64,000 nucleotides of DNA from an uncultured Gammaproteobacteria bacterium (GCA_964524895.1 CAZGFG010000003.1:34023-98022), one strand, 5' to 3'; positions 20,447 to 30,283 are shown, counted from the stretch's first letter. Notes: generated by a model from the sequence alone, not told the origin. Program-made: numbers and translations.

Positions 20447-20770
20447 TTATTTTTCCAAGATTGCCATTAAATCATCAAACTTTACCAATTTCAACTCTTT
20501 ACCGGAAATCTTTATCTCATCCCCACCCCATTTTTTATAAACCACTATATCCCCAACTTTAACCGGGGATTTTAATACTTTCCCATTTTCTAAAACCAAA
20601 TCTTCTCCTACTGAAATTACTTTTCCCTGGGCGGGCTTTTCTTGGGCGGATTCAGGAAGGATAATACCAGAGGCGGTTTTAGTTTCCGCTTCCTGGGGCT
20701 CTATTAGAACATACCCCATTAGAGGTTTAATGGTTATGTTTGAGCTGTTGTCTTTTTTAACTTTTGCCAT
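20447..20770 (-). CDS. groS: Co-chaperonin GroES
   Basis: IKPLMGYVLIEPQEAETKTASGIILPESAQEKPAQGKVISVGE. Start placed at the internal ATG (MAKVKKD). The 18-codon upstream extension in the ORF track is unlikely to be coding. Confidence 0.9.
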   Translation of the reverse strand: MAKVKKDNSSNITIKPLMGYVLIEPQEAETKTASGIILPESAQEKPAQGKVISVGEDLVLENGKVLKSPVKVGDIVVYKKWGGDEIKISGKELKLVKFDDLMAILEK

Positions 20771-20858
20771 ATTTATCTCTTGGTTGAATTTTAGGGGCAG
20801 CAGCAGGATAAGTTTATATAACAATAAGCACTACTTGTCAAGAGGTGCTAAGAATCTC

Positions 20859-21746
20859 TTAAAATATATTCTTAATCCTTGTTATGTAAGCAAGAAGAAT
20901 CTCGCTACTATAATCTTTAGGATGAAAATAAAGAGCACCCTGCTCTATCCTCTCAACCCCCTTGGGTTTTATCATAACCTTTAGTTGAAACAACTTGGCC
21001 CAACTTTCTATTCGGTTTAAGAAGAAATTTAATCTGTTATTGCCAAAGCTTCTCCCTGTTTTTCTTTTTGCTTTTGGCATTTTAAAATTTAAATTACTTG
21101 CTGTTGCCCAATTTGGCAAAAATCCAAAAGCCCAAGAATTTTCCATTAAGTATTGGGAATAAATATCTTCTCTTTGCCATAAAATCTTCATCTGCAAAAC
21201 TTCGTGAGCAATAAATAAATTCCTCTTTGTTTGGGCAAGCTTTGTTGCTTCTAAAAAAAGGTTTGTACAAATTTTGCCTCTGGATTGGACAACATCCATC
21301 CTCACTCTTCTTCTTACCCCCAGAAAATCCAAAAGAGATATCACAAGCAATCTGGTAAGCCAAACCCTATTGGGGGAGCTGATAACTATAAGGTCTATGT
21401 CATCATTTTTATCGGCATTAAAAACCGCCAAGCCTCCGGAAACACCTATTAATTTTATCCAGGGGATAATTCTTAAAACTTGGGCTAGTAGTTTTGCCTT
21501 AAGAAAAAAACGGGCAGAAATTTGTTCTCTGTTTTTTCTCTTTCTAACTATCATTTTTCTATCATTTAGAAAATAAAAATCTTGATAAAATCCAACCTTG
21601 TCTTTTTTGATCAGCCTGACCAAACCTTTTTCTAAATCCTTGGTGTTTGCTTGTTTGCCAATCAACCATTTATGTATTTCCCAAGCTTTCATAGGGTAAT
21701 CAAAAAGGTTTGCATAGACCAAAGTTTTTAAAATCGCTTTTTCCAT
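20859..21746 (-). CDS. Predicted Pol-beta-superfamily nucleotidyltransferase with an N-terminal wHTH-like domain
   Basis: GVSGGLAVFNADKNDDIDLIVIS fits hG[GS]x9-13D[h][DE]h. A further acidic residue (MDVV) lies downstream. The family cannot be assigned. Start placed at the internal ATG (MEKAIL). Confidence 0.35.
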   Translation of the reverse strand: MEKAILKTLVYANLFDYPMKAWEIHKWLIGKQANTKDLEKGLVRLIKKDKVGFYQDFYFLNDRKMIVRKRKNREQISARFFLKAKLLAQVLRIIPWIKLIGVSGGLAVFNADKNDDIDLIVISSPNRVWLTRLLVISLLDFLGVRRRVRMDVVQSRGKICTNLFLEATKLAQTKRNLFIAHEVLQMKILWQREDIYSQYLMENSWAFGFLPNWATASNLNFKMPKAKRKTGRSFGNNRLNFFLNRIESWAKLFQLKVMIKPKGVERIEQGALYFHPKDYSSEILLAYITRIKNIF

Positions 21747-21793
21747 AGTCCCAAGTTTACCCGCAGCAGTGATCAAACTTGCCCGAAGGGCTA

Positions 21794-21813
21794 CTCCGCA
21801 GCACACTGCGGAG
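21794..21813. promoter_or_regulatory. GC-rich perfect hairpin in the divergent region between the NTase-like gene and murB
   Basis: ctccgcag-caca-ctgcggag: an 8-bp stem with a 4-nt loop, 7 nt upstream of the murB ATG. Confidence 0.3.
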
Positions 21814-21820
21814 TTAGTTT

Positions 21821-22783
21821 ATGCATAAATCTGTTAAAATTCAATATATGCTGCAAATTTTGGATAATATCCCCTTTAAAGAGTTAACTGCCCTCAATAT
21901 CGGAGGTCCTGCCAAAAAAGTAGTTACCGTTGTCAGCGAGCAGGAATTAGTAGGAGCTCTCTCTTTTGCCAGGGAAGTCAATCTTCCATTTTTAATAATA
22001 GGAGGAGGCAGCAACCTGTTGGTTTCAGACAGTGGGGTTGATGCTTTAGTAATTAAAAATGAGATGGAGGGGATAAAAAAAGAAGTTAAAACTTTAACTG
22101 TCAAAAGCGGAACAATTTTGCAGCATTTAATAGACTATGCCAATCAAAATAATTTGGCCGGTTTACAAAACTTAGCCGGGATCCCCGGGACAGTAGGCGG
22201 AGCGGTCTACGGAAACGCCGGAGCATATGGTCAATCAATTAGTGATTGTCTGCGGGAAGTTACCGCCTTAGACCCAGACACAGGCCAAACTGTTACTTTA
22301 TCCAAAGAAGAATGTGAATTCTCTTACCGAGACAGCATCTTTAAAAAAAATAGGTTTATTATTTTGGAGGTAAAACTTAAACTGGAACAAGGAGATGGCG
22401 AAAAGCTAAAGAAAGAGTCCGCAGAGACTATTAAAAAGAGGTCTATTAAATATCCGCCTGGGATTAAGTGCCCGGGATCTTTTTTTAAAAATTTGATTGC
22501 AACCGATTTGCCAAAAGAGGTGCTGGGCAAAATTCCCAAAGATAAAATAGTTTACGGCAAAATTCCGGCCGGGACACTTTTGGAAATGGTAGGGGCCAGG
22601 GGGGATAATTTAAACGGGATCGAGATTGCTTCCTATCATGCCAATTTATTTATAAATAAAGGAGGGGGGAAAGCGCAAGATTTCTATACTTTAGCCAAAA
22701 AATATGCGGATAAGGTAAGGCTGGAGCTTGGAATCGAGCTTGAACCTGAAGTCCAACTAATCAACCTCCCTCCCCTGTTTTAG
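21821..22783 (+). CDS. murB: UDP-N-acetylenolpyruvoylglucosamine reductase
   Basis: FAD-binding domain LNIGGPAKK...LIIGGGSNLL and C-terminal MurB_C motifs (GSFFKN, ANLFINKGG). The start may instead be the ATG at 21848. Confidence 0.8.
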   Translation: MHKSVKIQYMLQILDNIPFKELTALNIGGPAKKVVTVVSEQELVGALSFAREVNLPFLIIGGGSNLLVSDSGVDALVIKNEMEGIKKEVKTLTVKSGTILQHLIDYANQNNLAGLQNLAGIPGTVGGAVYGNAGAYGQSISDCLREVTALDPDTGQTVTLSKEECEFSYRDSIFKKNRFIILEVKLKLEQGDGEKLKKESAETIKKRSIKYPPGIKCPGSFFKNLIATDLPKEVLGKIPKDKIVYGKIPAGTLLEMVGARGDNLNGIEIASYHANLFINKGGGKAQDFYTLAKKYADKVRLELGIELEPEVQLINLPPLF

Positions 22784-22884
22784 ACAAATGCTTGTTTTTG
22801 ATTAATCTCTAAACACTTCTATACCAAAATCTCTCTACAGCCAAAAAGTGGTATGACTATACCCATAAAGTACGCAGAATATAT

Positions 22885-23472
22885 TTAACCTGCTTTTTTC
22901 GTGTTAATTAAGGACGCAGCGACTTCTGGTAATGATATGCAACTTTCCTCATTATCAATAGGCCCGGAAAAATGTCCCATGTTATGCTGAATAATTAATT
23001 TGGCTCCTAACTTTTCCTGAAACTCTTTCCCATAATTTAATGAAACATACGGATCGTTATCTGAATTAATTGCAACAAAATCCCCGGCATTATTTTTGAT
23101 TTTTGCAAAGCTGATCGGGGTTTGAAAAAAGTTTTCTAATTCTTTATAGCCTAAATCATCCGTAAACCCGGCTACTAATACTACACCCCCTACCTTTCTA
23201 TTTATGTTTTCCAAATACCGCATTATTGTTATACATCCAAGACTGTGACCTACCAGACAAAGCTCTTTATCAGGTTCCCCTATAACTTCCCTAAGTTTTC
23301 CTAACCATTTAGACAGGTGAGGAAGATTGGCTTCTGGCATTTGGGGAACCTCTACTTTAAATCCTTTTCCCTCAAGTTCTTTCTTAGTCTGCGGATACCA
23401 ACAATAGTTGGGGTACCCTTCCCAACAATGGACCATAATTACTCTTTTATTCATAAAATTCTCTGTCAACAA
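22885..23472 (-). CDS. Alpha/beta hydrolase of the YdeN/RBBP9-like serine hydrolase family
   Basis: Nucleophile elbow LVGHSLGC. Acid and His candidates downstream (NSDNDPYV, QHNMGHF). Confidence 0.6.
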   Translation of the reverse strand: MLTENFMNKRVIMVHCWEGYPNYCWYPQTKKELEGKGFKVEVPQMPEANLPHLSKWLGKLREVIGEPDKELCLVGHSLGCITIMRYLENINRKVGGVVLVAGFTDDLGYKELENFFQTPISFAKIKNNAGDFVAINSDNDPYVSLNYGKEFQEKLGAKLIIQHNMGHFSGPIDNEESCISLPEVAASLINTKKAG

Positions 23473-23504
23473 TATTTACGATCGTGAATTTTGTTGCATT
23501 CATC

Positions 23505-24809
23505 TTAGGGGCTTGGGGCGGGGGCTGGTTTGGTATATTTATCCAAAACCTGCTGTACTCCTCTGTCTATTGTCTGCAAAGCTACCTGGGGATCCGTTCC
23601 CTGCAAAGTAGCATTTACCCCATCCTCAAAATATTTAATCATCTCATCATTGATCCCCGAATCAAAGGTATTGGAAGCTAGAAACCATCCTTTATAATAA
23701 GGGCCTTGGATAACAAAAGCTCCTATAATCGGCGCACCGGATATTTCCGGTCCCAGAGCTGCTAGAGAATAGGGCTCTCCAAACAACCTCACTTGAGATG
23801 CCTGCTGATAAGCAAGTTTCTGGGCCTCGGCAGATGCCAAAAATTTGGCAAACTTCCAAGCTTCTCTAGGATGCTTGCTGTTTGCCGAAACAGCTTCTGC
23901 CCAGAACGTTCCCCACCCTACTTGTCTACCGGATAATTGGGGAACCGGCGCAGTATTAAACTTTAAATTAGGATTTATCTGGCGCAGTTCGTGTGCACGC
24001 CAAGACGGGGCAAAATAGAAAGCTAGTCTACCTTGAGCAAAAGCCTGGGTAGAATTGGGCATAGTTACATCCCAAGTTTTTCTTTTAGGATCGGTAATAA
24101 AACCAGTATAAAAGGAGAGTACTTCCGCAGCTTCAGGAGAAGCCAAAGATTGCATATTTACTCCTGGCTGTTGCAAAAAAAGCAACCCTAAAATATCGCT
24201 CCAGTGATCAATATTGCCGGTAGAACCCAAAGCCACACCGGCTGTTTTAATCTGTCCGGATTGATCCCGGACTGTTAATTTTACTGCCGCATCAATTAGC
24301 TCTTGCCAGTTTCGGGGGACACTTACTCCGGTAGCGGAAAGCAAGTCTTCGTTATAATAAAGGGCCAACCCGTCTACTTCTGCAGGTATTGCATAAATTT
24401 GGTTGTTTGTAATGAAGCTTTCAGGGGTAATCGGATAAAAAGCATTTTTATATTCCTGTATCCCTATTACATCGGATGGAGCCGGAGCTAAATCTCCTTC
24501 AAACATAGGTAACCAACTGTTGTGAATCCTAAAAAGATCCGGTCCCACTCCTTCTCTAATTTGGGTTTGAACCCTAGTCCGGTAATTAACGGAGGATTGT
24601 TTAACGTAATTTATACTAACATTAGGATTGTTTTGTTGATAAAGAGCAATTAGCGGTTTAATCAGGCTCTCTTCCTCCCATAACCCCCAGTAAGTCAGCT
24701 CCACCGAGCCAGAGGACTGACTAACTTCATTAAAACTGGGCCCAAACTTCCAAAATAAAAATCCAAAGATGATACTTAAACTCAATGCCGCTATAATTAA
24801 CTTCTTCAT
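23505..24809 (-). CDS. ABC transporter extracellular solute-binding protein (family 1, sugar-type); no adjacent permease or ATPase
   Basis: Signal peptide MKKLIIAALSLSIIFGF, then a bilobal SBP sequence (TYWGLWEE, YKNAFYP, W-rich). Confidence 0.65.
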   Translation of the reverse strand: MKKLIIAALSLSIIFGFLFWKFGPSFNEVSQSSGSVELTYWGLWEEESLIKPLIALYQQNNPNVSINYVKQSSVNYRTRVQTQIREGVGPDLFRIHNSWLPMFEGDLAPAPSDVIGIQEYKNAFYPITPESFITNNQIYAIPAEVDGLALYYNEDLLSATGVSVPRNWQELIDAAVKLTVRDQSGQIKTAGVALGSTGNIDHWSDILGLLFLQQPGVNMQSLASPEAAEVLSFYTGFITDPKRKTWDVTMPNSTQAFAQGRLAFYFAPSWRAHELRQINPNLKFNTAPVPQLSGRQVGWGTFWAEAVSANSKHPREAWKFAKFLASAEAQKLAYQQASQVRLFGEPYSLAALGPEISGAPIIGAFVIQGPYYKGWFLASNTFDSGINDEMIKYFEDGVNATLQGTDPQVALQTIDRGVQQVLDKYTKPAPAPSP

Positions 24810-24902
24810 TTTAATATCAGCTTTAATATTATCTCATATTCTTAACCTAAGCCTTTTAGGCTTTACCGCAACAGGCCCAATAAGGTAAGATAGCCACTGT
24901 TA

Positions 24903-26696
24903 TTGTCAAAATTCATGGCTAAAAAGAAACCTAAATCATCACCCGATATAAACAAGCAACCCAAAAAACCTATCAAAACAGGGCTGCTCGCCCTATCTCG
25001 TAAGTTTTTGCCTATAGCACTCTTATGCTTACTGCTTCTGTTAGTTTTTTTGACTTACCAAAATATCTTTGCCGATAAATTTTTTCCCAGGACCTTTGTG
25101 GGTGACAGCCAAGTTACCTTTTTAACGGTCTCTCAAACCAAACAGGTCTTCATCAATAAGTTTAACTCAAGATCTTCACAAAAACTTACTTTTAGTTCAC
25201 AGTTTGGACAGTTTGAAATAGATCTGGCTACAGCCTCTGCCAAATTGGATTACTCCCAAATAGAAGAAGGGTTTAAATTGGGCCATCAGGGTAATTTATT
25301 CAAACGGTTAACCGACCAAACTCACACTCTTTTTAGTCCTCAAATAATTGCTCCCGATATTACCCTTAATTTGAATAACCAAATCAACAAAATTGCCAGT
25401 GCTATCGACCGGCCGGCTCAAGATGCCACATTAATTTTGGGCGAAAAAAATGAAGTTCTAACTACTCCCGATGAAAACGGCTTAATTTTAGATAAAGAAC
25501 GGTTGGAAAAAGATATTGAAAACTTTTTAATTTTTGGACAAACCCCTGCTGCTCTACCGGTTAAAGTAACTACTCCAAAGGTAAGCGAGCAAAGGGCCAG
25601 CCAAGCCAAAGCACTGCTTGAGGGCAACGGTAACCAACCTTATACTCTTACTTTTGAGGGTAACTCCTGGGTCATAGATACCCCAACCCTGTTAACTCTT
25701 TTGGATCTAAGTCAACCGGAACCTGAACTGGTCAGCCGAGAAAAGATACAGGCTTTTTTGACCCAAATAAGCAAGGAGGTTAACCGGGATGTTCAAGAAC
25801 CGCTTTTTAAATTTGATGGGGCAAAAGTAACCGCATTCCGTCCGGCTACCCAAGGGCATAAATTGAATATAGAAAAGTCTACGGATCTTTTGGTTGATGC
25901 ATTAAAAAACCAGAAGCCTAAAACTGTTGAATTAGCTGTAGAGATTATCAATCCTCAAATTCAAACCTCCCAGGCTAATGATTTGGGGATTCAGGAACTT
26001 TTGGGGCAAGGGGTTTCCCATTTTGCCGGTTCTATTCCCAATCGTATCTACAATATCGGGCTAACTGCCAGTAAACTAAACGGAGTATTGGTTCCTCCCG
26101 GACAAATCTTCTCTTTTAACAGAACTGTTGGAGATATCTCCGCCGCTACCGGATTTAAACAAGCCTATGTTATAAAAGAGGGGCGTACGGTTTTGGATGA
26201 CGGAGGTGGGGTTTGTCAGGATTCCACTACTCTTTTTAGAGCAGTTTTAAATGCCGGATTGCCGGTTGTGAAACGGACTGCCCACGCTTATAGGGTCGGT
26301 TACTATGAGCAAGGTTTTGCTCCCGGACTGGATGCAACGGTTTTTTACCCCACTGTAGATTTTCAATTTAAAAACGACACTCCGGCTTATATCTTAATCC
26401 AGGCCTATACTTACGGTACCAGTTTATATGTTGATTTATACGGTACATCGGACGGCAGAATCTCCTCCATCTCCAAACCGGTTATTAACAATCAAACACC
26501 ACCACCCCCGGAACTTCGCCAAGATGATCCAACCTTACCCAAAGGAACAATTAAACAGGTCGATTGGGCAGCTTGGGGAGCAACAGTTACCTTTAACAGG
26601 ACTGTCACCAGAGGAGGGGAAACTTTGATTAAGGAAACATTTTATTCAAATTATAAACCATGGCAGGCAGTATATTTAGTGGGAACAGGTGGTTAG
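24903..26696 (+). CDS. VanW-family protein, membrane-anchored
   Basis: TM anchor. C-terminal VanW domain: QAYVIKEGRTVLDDGGGVCQDSTTLFRAVLNAGLPVVKRTAHAYRVGYY. Confidence 0.7.
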   Translation: MSKFMAKKKPKSSPDINKQPKKPIKTGLLALSRKFLPIALLCLLLLLVFLTYQNIFADKFFPRTFVGDSQVTFLTVSQTKQVFINKFNSRSSQKLTFSSQFGQFEIDLATASAKLDYSQIEEGFKLGHQGNLFKRLTDQTHTLFSPQIIAPDITLNLNNQINKIASAIDRPAQDATLILGEKNEVLTTPDENGLILDKERLEKDIENFLIFGQTPAALPVKVTTPKVSEQRASQAKALLEGNGNQPYTLTFEGNSWVIDTPTLLTLLDLSQPEPELVSREKIQAFLTQISKEVNRDVQEPLFKFDGAKVTAFRPATQGHKLNIEKSTDLLVDALKNQKPKTVELAVEIINPQIQTSQANDLGIQELLGQGVSHFAGSIPNRIYNIGLTASKLNGVLVPPGQIFSFNRTVGDISAATGFKQAYVIKEGRTVLDDGGGVCQDSTTLFRAVLNAGLPVVKRTAHAYRVGYYEQGFAPGLDATVFYPTVDFQFKNDTPAYILIQAYTYGTSLYVDLYGTSDGRISSISKPVINNQTPPPPELRQDDPTLPKGTIKQVDWAAWGATVTFNRTVTRGGETLIKETFYSNYKPWQAVYLVGTGG

Positions 26697-26698
26697 AT

Positions 26699-27352
26699 TC
26701 AAGCAGAAGATCGGGTAGCTTGAGGAGGAAGAATTCCGGTTAAAACTACAAAGTTTTGCCCTTCTTTGTAACCATGCAAACTTTCTCCAGCTTTCATTCG
26801 CAGCACCGTTCTTTCCAGTGCATTCGCCTCTCTATTCAAACCAACCTCATGTAAGACTTCTGCCAAAGAATCACTATGCCTTAAATTCAGCTCATAAACT
26901 GCTGCAACTGTATAAGCTGCAGCCCGAGCTTGTTGTCTCACACTATTATCAAAGCTTCCGGCAGAAAGCACGTTAGTTAAATGATCCCAAGCCTGCTTTT
27001 TATAAGGTATGAAATCTTTTCTCCATAATCTTTCAAGCAATTGACGGTAGGATCCTACACCTCCCCTGTCGTATATCAACTCACCAAAACCTTGCCTATC
27101 TAAACAGCAGCTAAAAGAATACAGTGGACGTGCAACGTCACCTCTCATAGATTCTACTTGCTGAAAAGTTAACCCAGATACCAACAACTCGCTTACCCCT
27201 TGAGTTTCCATATGAAGGATGCCTAAATCATAAATTAGCTGCTTTGCAGGATCTGCCGGGAGAATTTCAATTGGCCCACTTTGGGGATAATAAATTACTT
27301 TATCTGGCTGTATACCAGCTCTTATACCCGGCAAAGCTTCTAGCAAAACCAT
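26699..27352 (-). CDS. Hypothetical protein
   Basis: 217-aa ORF with no recognisable motifs. Composition by eye differs from neighbours (rich in R/L/A/G, GC looks slightly elevated). Confidence 0.3.
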   Translation of the reverse strand: MVLLEALPGIRAGIQPDKVIYYPQSGPIEILPADPAKQLIYDLGILHMETQGVSELLVSGLTFQQVESMRGDVARPLYSFSCCLDRQGFGELIYDRGGVGSYRQLLERLWRKDFIPYKKQAWDHLTNVLSAGSFDNSVRQQARAAAYTVAAVYELNLRHSDSLAEVLHEVGLNREANALERTVLRMKAGESLHGYKEGQNFVVLTGILPPQATRSSA

Positions 27353-27420
27353 ATTTAAATACTACACCCTTTTATTTGCTTGTCAAAGAGAAAATACGTT
27401 ATGTTAGTATAAGTAGAATA

Positions 27421-27984
27421 ATGAGATTTTTTATTGCTTTGGAGATACCGCAGGAAAATAGGCAAGAGTTACAACAGGTGCAAACAAAGCTTACTCTACT
27501 AGTCCCCAATTTAAGAATAACGGATCCGGATAAACTACATCTGACTTTGGCATTTATAGGCGAGCAACCGGATTCATACAAAGAGGACCTTATCAAAATT
27601 ATTACCGATGCCGTTGCCAATCTTTCTCCCTTTACAGTTACCCCTACTTATTTGGATGGCTTCCCTACTATTCATCAACCGTACACTTTTTGGATAGGAG
27701 TAAGTGGTGAGATAGACAAATTACTTATCATTCGGGAAAAAATTAAAGATGGGCTAATTGTGCTCAAGTTGCCTGTAGATGAGCGAAGATATATTCCTCA
27801 TATCGCTGTTGCCAAGCCCCGGGGAAAGTTTAAGTTAAGTCCGGCAGATGAAAAGGATTTACAGAATTTTATGGGGGAGAATAAATTTGATCCAATTAAA
27901 ATTAGCTCTATCAAGCTTTTCGAGTCTGTTCCGGACAGCGGATTTCACCGGCACAATACTTTGGCTGAAATTAAGTTAGGTTAA
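27421..27984 (+). CDS. thpR: RNA 2',3'-cyclic phosphodiesterase / 2'-5' RNA ligase (2H phosphoesterase)
   Basis: Two H-x-T/S-x motifs, HLTLAFIG and HIAVAK. Start placed at the internal ATG (MRFFIALEI). The upstream 59 codons of the ORF track overlap the neighbouring gene. Confidence 0.7.
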   Translation: MRFFIALEIPQENRQELQQVQTKLTLLVPNLRITDPDKLHLTLAFIGEQPDSYKEDLIKIITDAVANLSPFTVTPTYLDGFPTIHQPYTFWIGVSGEIDKLLIIREKIKDGLIVLKLPVDERRYIPHIAVAKPRGKFKLSPADEKDLQNFMGENKFDPIKISSIKLFESVPDSGFHRHNTLAEIKLG

Positions 27985-28818
27985 AACTCTTTCCAAAAAA
28001 TAGACCTCTTTTTTGAAGGCATCGTCGGCAAAAAGATATTCCCCCTTGCCTTCTAATATAGCCTGATAACTTTGGCAATCCCTGCACAAATCCGGTGATT
28101 TTACACAAATCCAATTACCTTCTTTTATGCTTATCTTTAGCTCCAATCCTTTTTGTCTCAACCATTCAATCTGTCCGTCCAGCGGATCCAGGACTATTGA
28201 TTTGGGGCCATCATCCCGATCCAGATACCAAAACGAGGCTTTGGAAACCGGTATCTGCAAATTTGCTTCTGCTAAAATAGCATAGATATTTAGTTGTAAG
28301 GCCGAATCCTCATCATGAATACCGGTCTTAAAATCAACAACGTGAAGTGTCCCATCTTTACACTTACCAATAAAATCCATGTTCCCAAATAGGATAACAT
28401 TATCAATCAGCTTAAATTTAGGAAAATGTAAGAAAGGGGCGCAGGGTTCCAAAATACTAACATGGGATAAGAAATTATCCAGCATCTTCAGCCCCCTTTT
28501 GCCATAAGTTGCTTCCTCCTGTGCAGAGGAAAACCCTCCTTTTTTCAGTCTATATTTGCACCACAAATTGCGAAACTTTTTCACAGTCTCCTCTTTTGTC
28601 GGCTTAACTTCTGCTTCCAAATACCACTTGATGGTATCATGAATTATTGCTCCCAAAGTTAAGTTGGGTGAGGCAATCTGCAACTTGTAACCTTGCCTGG
28701 GGTCCCGATAAATATTTTTTAGATAAAAAGAGCGGGGGCATTTTAAATAATCTGTTAAAGAGGTGTGGGAAATTAAAATAGCATCTTTGATGAATTCTTT
28801 TTTATAAGAGGGAACCAC
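27976..28818 (-). CDS. Cas4/RecB-like PD-(D/E)XK nuclease with a 4-Cys cluster (solo; no cas neighbours)
   Basis: N-terminal CPRSFYL. Core MDFIGKCKDGTLHVVDFKTG, Q-h-x-x-Y motif QLNIYAIL, and C-terminal CVKSPDLCRDCQ. Confidence 0.6.
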   Translation of the reverse strand: MVPSYKKEFIKDAILISHTSLTDYLKCPRSFYLKNIYRDPRQGYKLQIASPNLTLGAIIHDTIKWYLEAEVKPTKEETVKKFRNLWCKYRLKKGGFSSAQEEATYGKRGLKMLDNFLSHVSILEPCAPFLHFPKFKLIDNVILFGNMDFIGKCKDGTLHVVDFKTGIHDEDSALQLNIYAILAEANLQIPVSKASFWYLDRDDGPKSIVLDPLDGQIEWLRQKGLELKISIKEGNWICVKSPDLCRDCQSYQAILEGKGEYLFADDAFKKEVYFLERVLT

Positions 28819-28881
28819 ATACTAAAACATACCTCTAAAAATTACCCAAAAACAAGAGGGAGATAGAAGTTGGTCAAAAAT

Positions 28882-29442
28882 TTATGAAGCTTGGCGAAAG
28901 TAAATACCATCATAAATTGCTCTTCTTAAAATTGCATTCTCTACGAAAGTTACGCAAGCCAGACGCAAAGTATCAAGCCTTTGCTGGCCTGGATCTGATA
29001 ACAAATATGCCAAGCGCAGCCGAGTTAGATTTAAATATCCTTCTGCTTCTCTCATGCTCTTCAAGCCTTTAACACTCTCCAGCATCTCCGTAGCTCTCAT
29101 TTCCATATGATGTGGGTAATCTAGTAAGTGTGCTGCTACCATCAATCTATTAACCCATTTCTCTTTATTTTTCCATGCCTTTTTAGTATCTGGAGATAAT
29201 TGCTGCGGGCCCAACATTAACCTAATTAACATTTCTGTTGGTAAAGGGGATATGCTGGGATTGGTATTAGATATCCTGTCTTGAAAAGTACCTACCATGC
29301 TAATATCATGGTATAAAAGCTCGTTAGAGGCAGCTCGCAGCTGCCCAGTATGATATTCAGAATTTATGAAAATTGCTGCTTCTCTCATAATTATGCAATT
29401 TATAGCTCTACAACAGGATAAAATCAAGTCCTGATAAATCAA
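28882..29442 (-). CDS. Hypothetical protein
   Basis: 186 aa. It is the longest ORF in any frame here and is co-oriented and tightly spaced with the next two ORFs. Confidence 0.3.
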   Translation of the reverse strand: MIYQDLILSCCRAINCIIMREAAIFINSEYHTGQLRAASNELLYHDISMVGTFQDRISNTNPSISPLPTEMLIRLMLGPQQLSPDTKKAWKNKEKWVNRLMVAAHLLDYPHHMEMRATEMLESVKGLKSMREAEGYLNLTRLRLAYLLSDPGQQRLDTLRLACVTFVENAILRRAIYDGIYFRQAS

Positions 29443-29463
29443 TGTTGTATATCTTGAATTGAC

Positions 29464-29838
29464 TTATAGCTTCTTCCCTTGCACTATGGCTTTTAAAGTT
29501 TGGACGCGGATTACCTCATTGATATCTTGGATTAACTCAGATTTCTTGGTATTAACTCTTCCCAAATTTTCTTCTATTTCACGGGCAAACCCAAAGATAT
29601 TTTTAAAAGCTGTCAGGCTGCGTAAACCATGACCGCAGACTACTACCCTTACCCAACCTCTTTCTAGTGGATCTCCCAAACTACCTATTTGACCCTCTTC
29701 TCTCACCTCGATCTTCCCTAAACCATAATGATCCATAGAGGAAGCCGTTTGCTGCAGTAACCGTATCTGGTCAGGCGGATAGCTATCTTCAATTCTCCAA
29801 CCTACTCTTTGCTCAAAAGCCCTATCCATCACCCTCAT
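29464..29838 (-). CDS. Hypothetical protein
   Basis: 124-aa ORF in an operon-like arrangement. No motif recognised. Confidence 0.3.
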   Translation of the reverse strand: MRVMDRAFEQRVGWRIEDSYPPDQIRLLQQTASSMDHYGLGKIEVREEGQIGSLGDPLERGWVRVVVCGHGLRSLTAFKNIFGFAREIEENLGRVNTKKSELIQDINEVIRVQTLKAIVQGKKL

Positions 29839-29878
29839 TCTGCTATCTGCTTTTTAAAAATGCAAATACTCTCTCTTT

Positions 29879-30196
29879 CTACCCTGTCGTTTCTTCCTTA
29901 ATCCACCTATCTTTCAACTTTCTGGCAAAGAGAAGTCCGTTGAGAGCTCGCTGATCTTTTAATAACATTTCATGCCCGCCACAAACGGAAGCTCTAAGTC
30001 CAAAGGCTCCATACACACATGCACAATTTCTTGCTATGGCATTTACCAGTTCCAGGCCTTCTTGCTGTGTTCCTTTCCAAACTATATTTACGGTTTCTCG
30101 CCTTTCAGGACTGTCCATATTAAATAAAAAGAGACAGCTTCTATCATTTCTAATCTCCTTTTCACAAATCCTACTCTTATTTTTTTTCAATTTCAA
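29879..30196 (-). CDS. Hypothetical Cys-containing protein
   Basis: 105 aa, contains NAIARNCACVYGAFGLRASVCGGHE. No family recognised. Confidence 0.3.
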   Translation of the reverse strand: MKLKKNKSRICEKEIRNDRSCLFLFNMDSPERRETVNIVWKGTQQEGLELVNAIARNCACVYGAFGLRASVCGGHEMLLKDQRALNGLLFARKLKDRWIKEETTG

Positions 30197-30283
30197 ATAT
30201 AAAAAGCTAGGGGAAGTACTTGGGATAGTTTGAATTATCTGGATTGCACCCCCGAGGTGTAAAGCAAAGACTTTTCTATTATT

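Noticed and set aside
18837-20540. Long antisense ORFs inside groEL (190, 119 and 175 aa)
   Set aside because: They are shadow ORFs on the strand opposite a highly conserved gene. Their translations are low-complexity Ser/Pro/Ala-rich without motifs.
20771-20824. An 18-codon N-terminal extension of groES (MLYKLILLLPLKFNQEIN)
   Set aside because: GroES homology starts at the internal MAKVKKD. The extension is AT-rich intergenic sequence.
20859-21746. CBASS-like cyclic-oligonucleotide synthase
   Set aside because: An NTase core is present, but there is no adjacent effector or Cap gene. The neighbours are groES and murB, so it was called only a generic nucleotidyltransferase.
28884-30233. Plus-strand 62-65 aa ORFs opposite the hypothetical minus-strand gene block
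   Set aside because: They are short, and the minus-strand ORFs are consistently the longest in all frames. No ncRNA-like conserved structure is evident.
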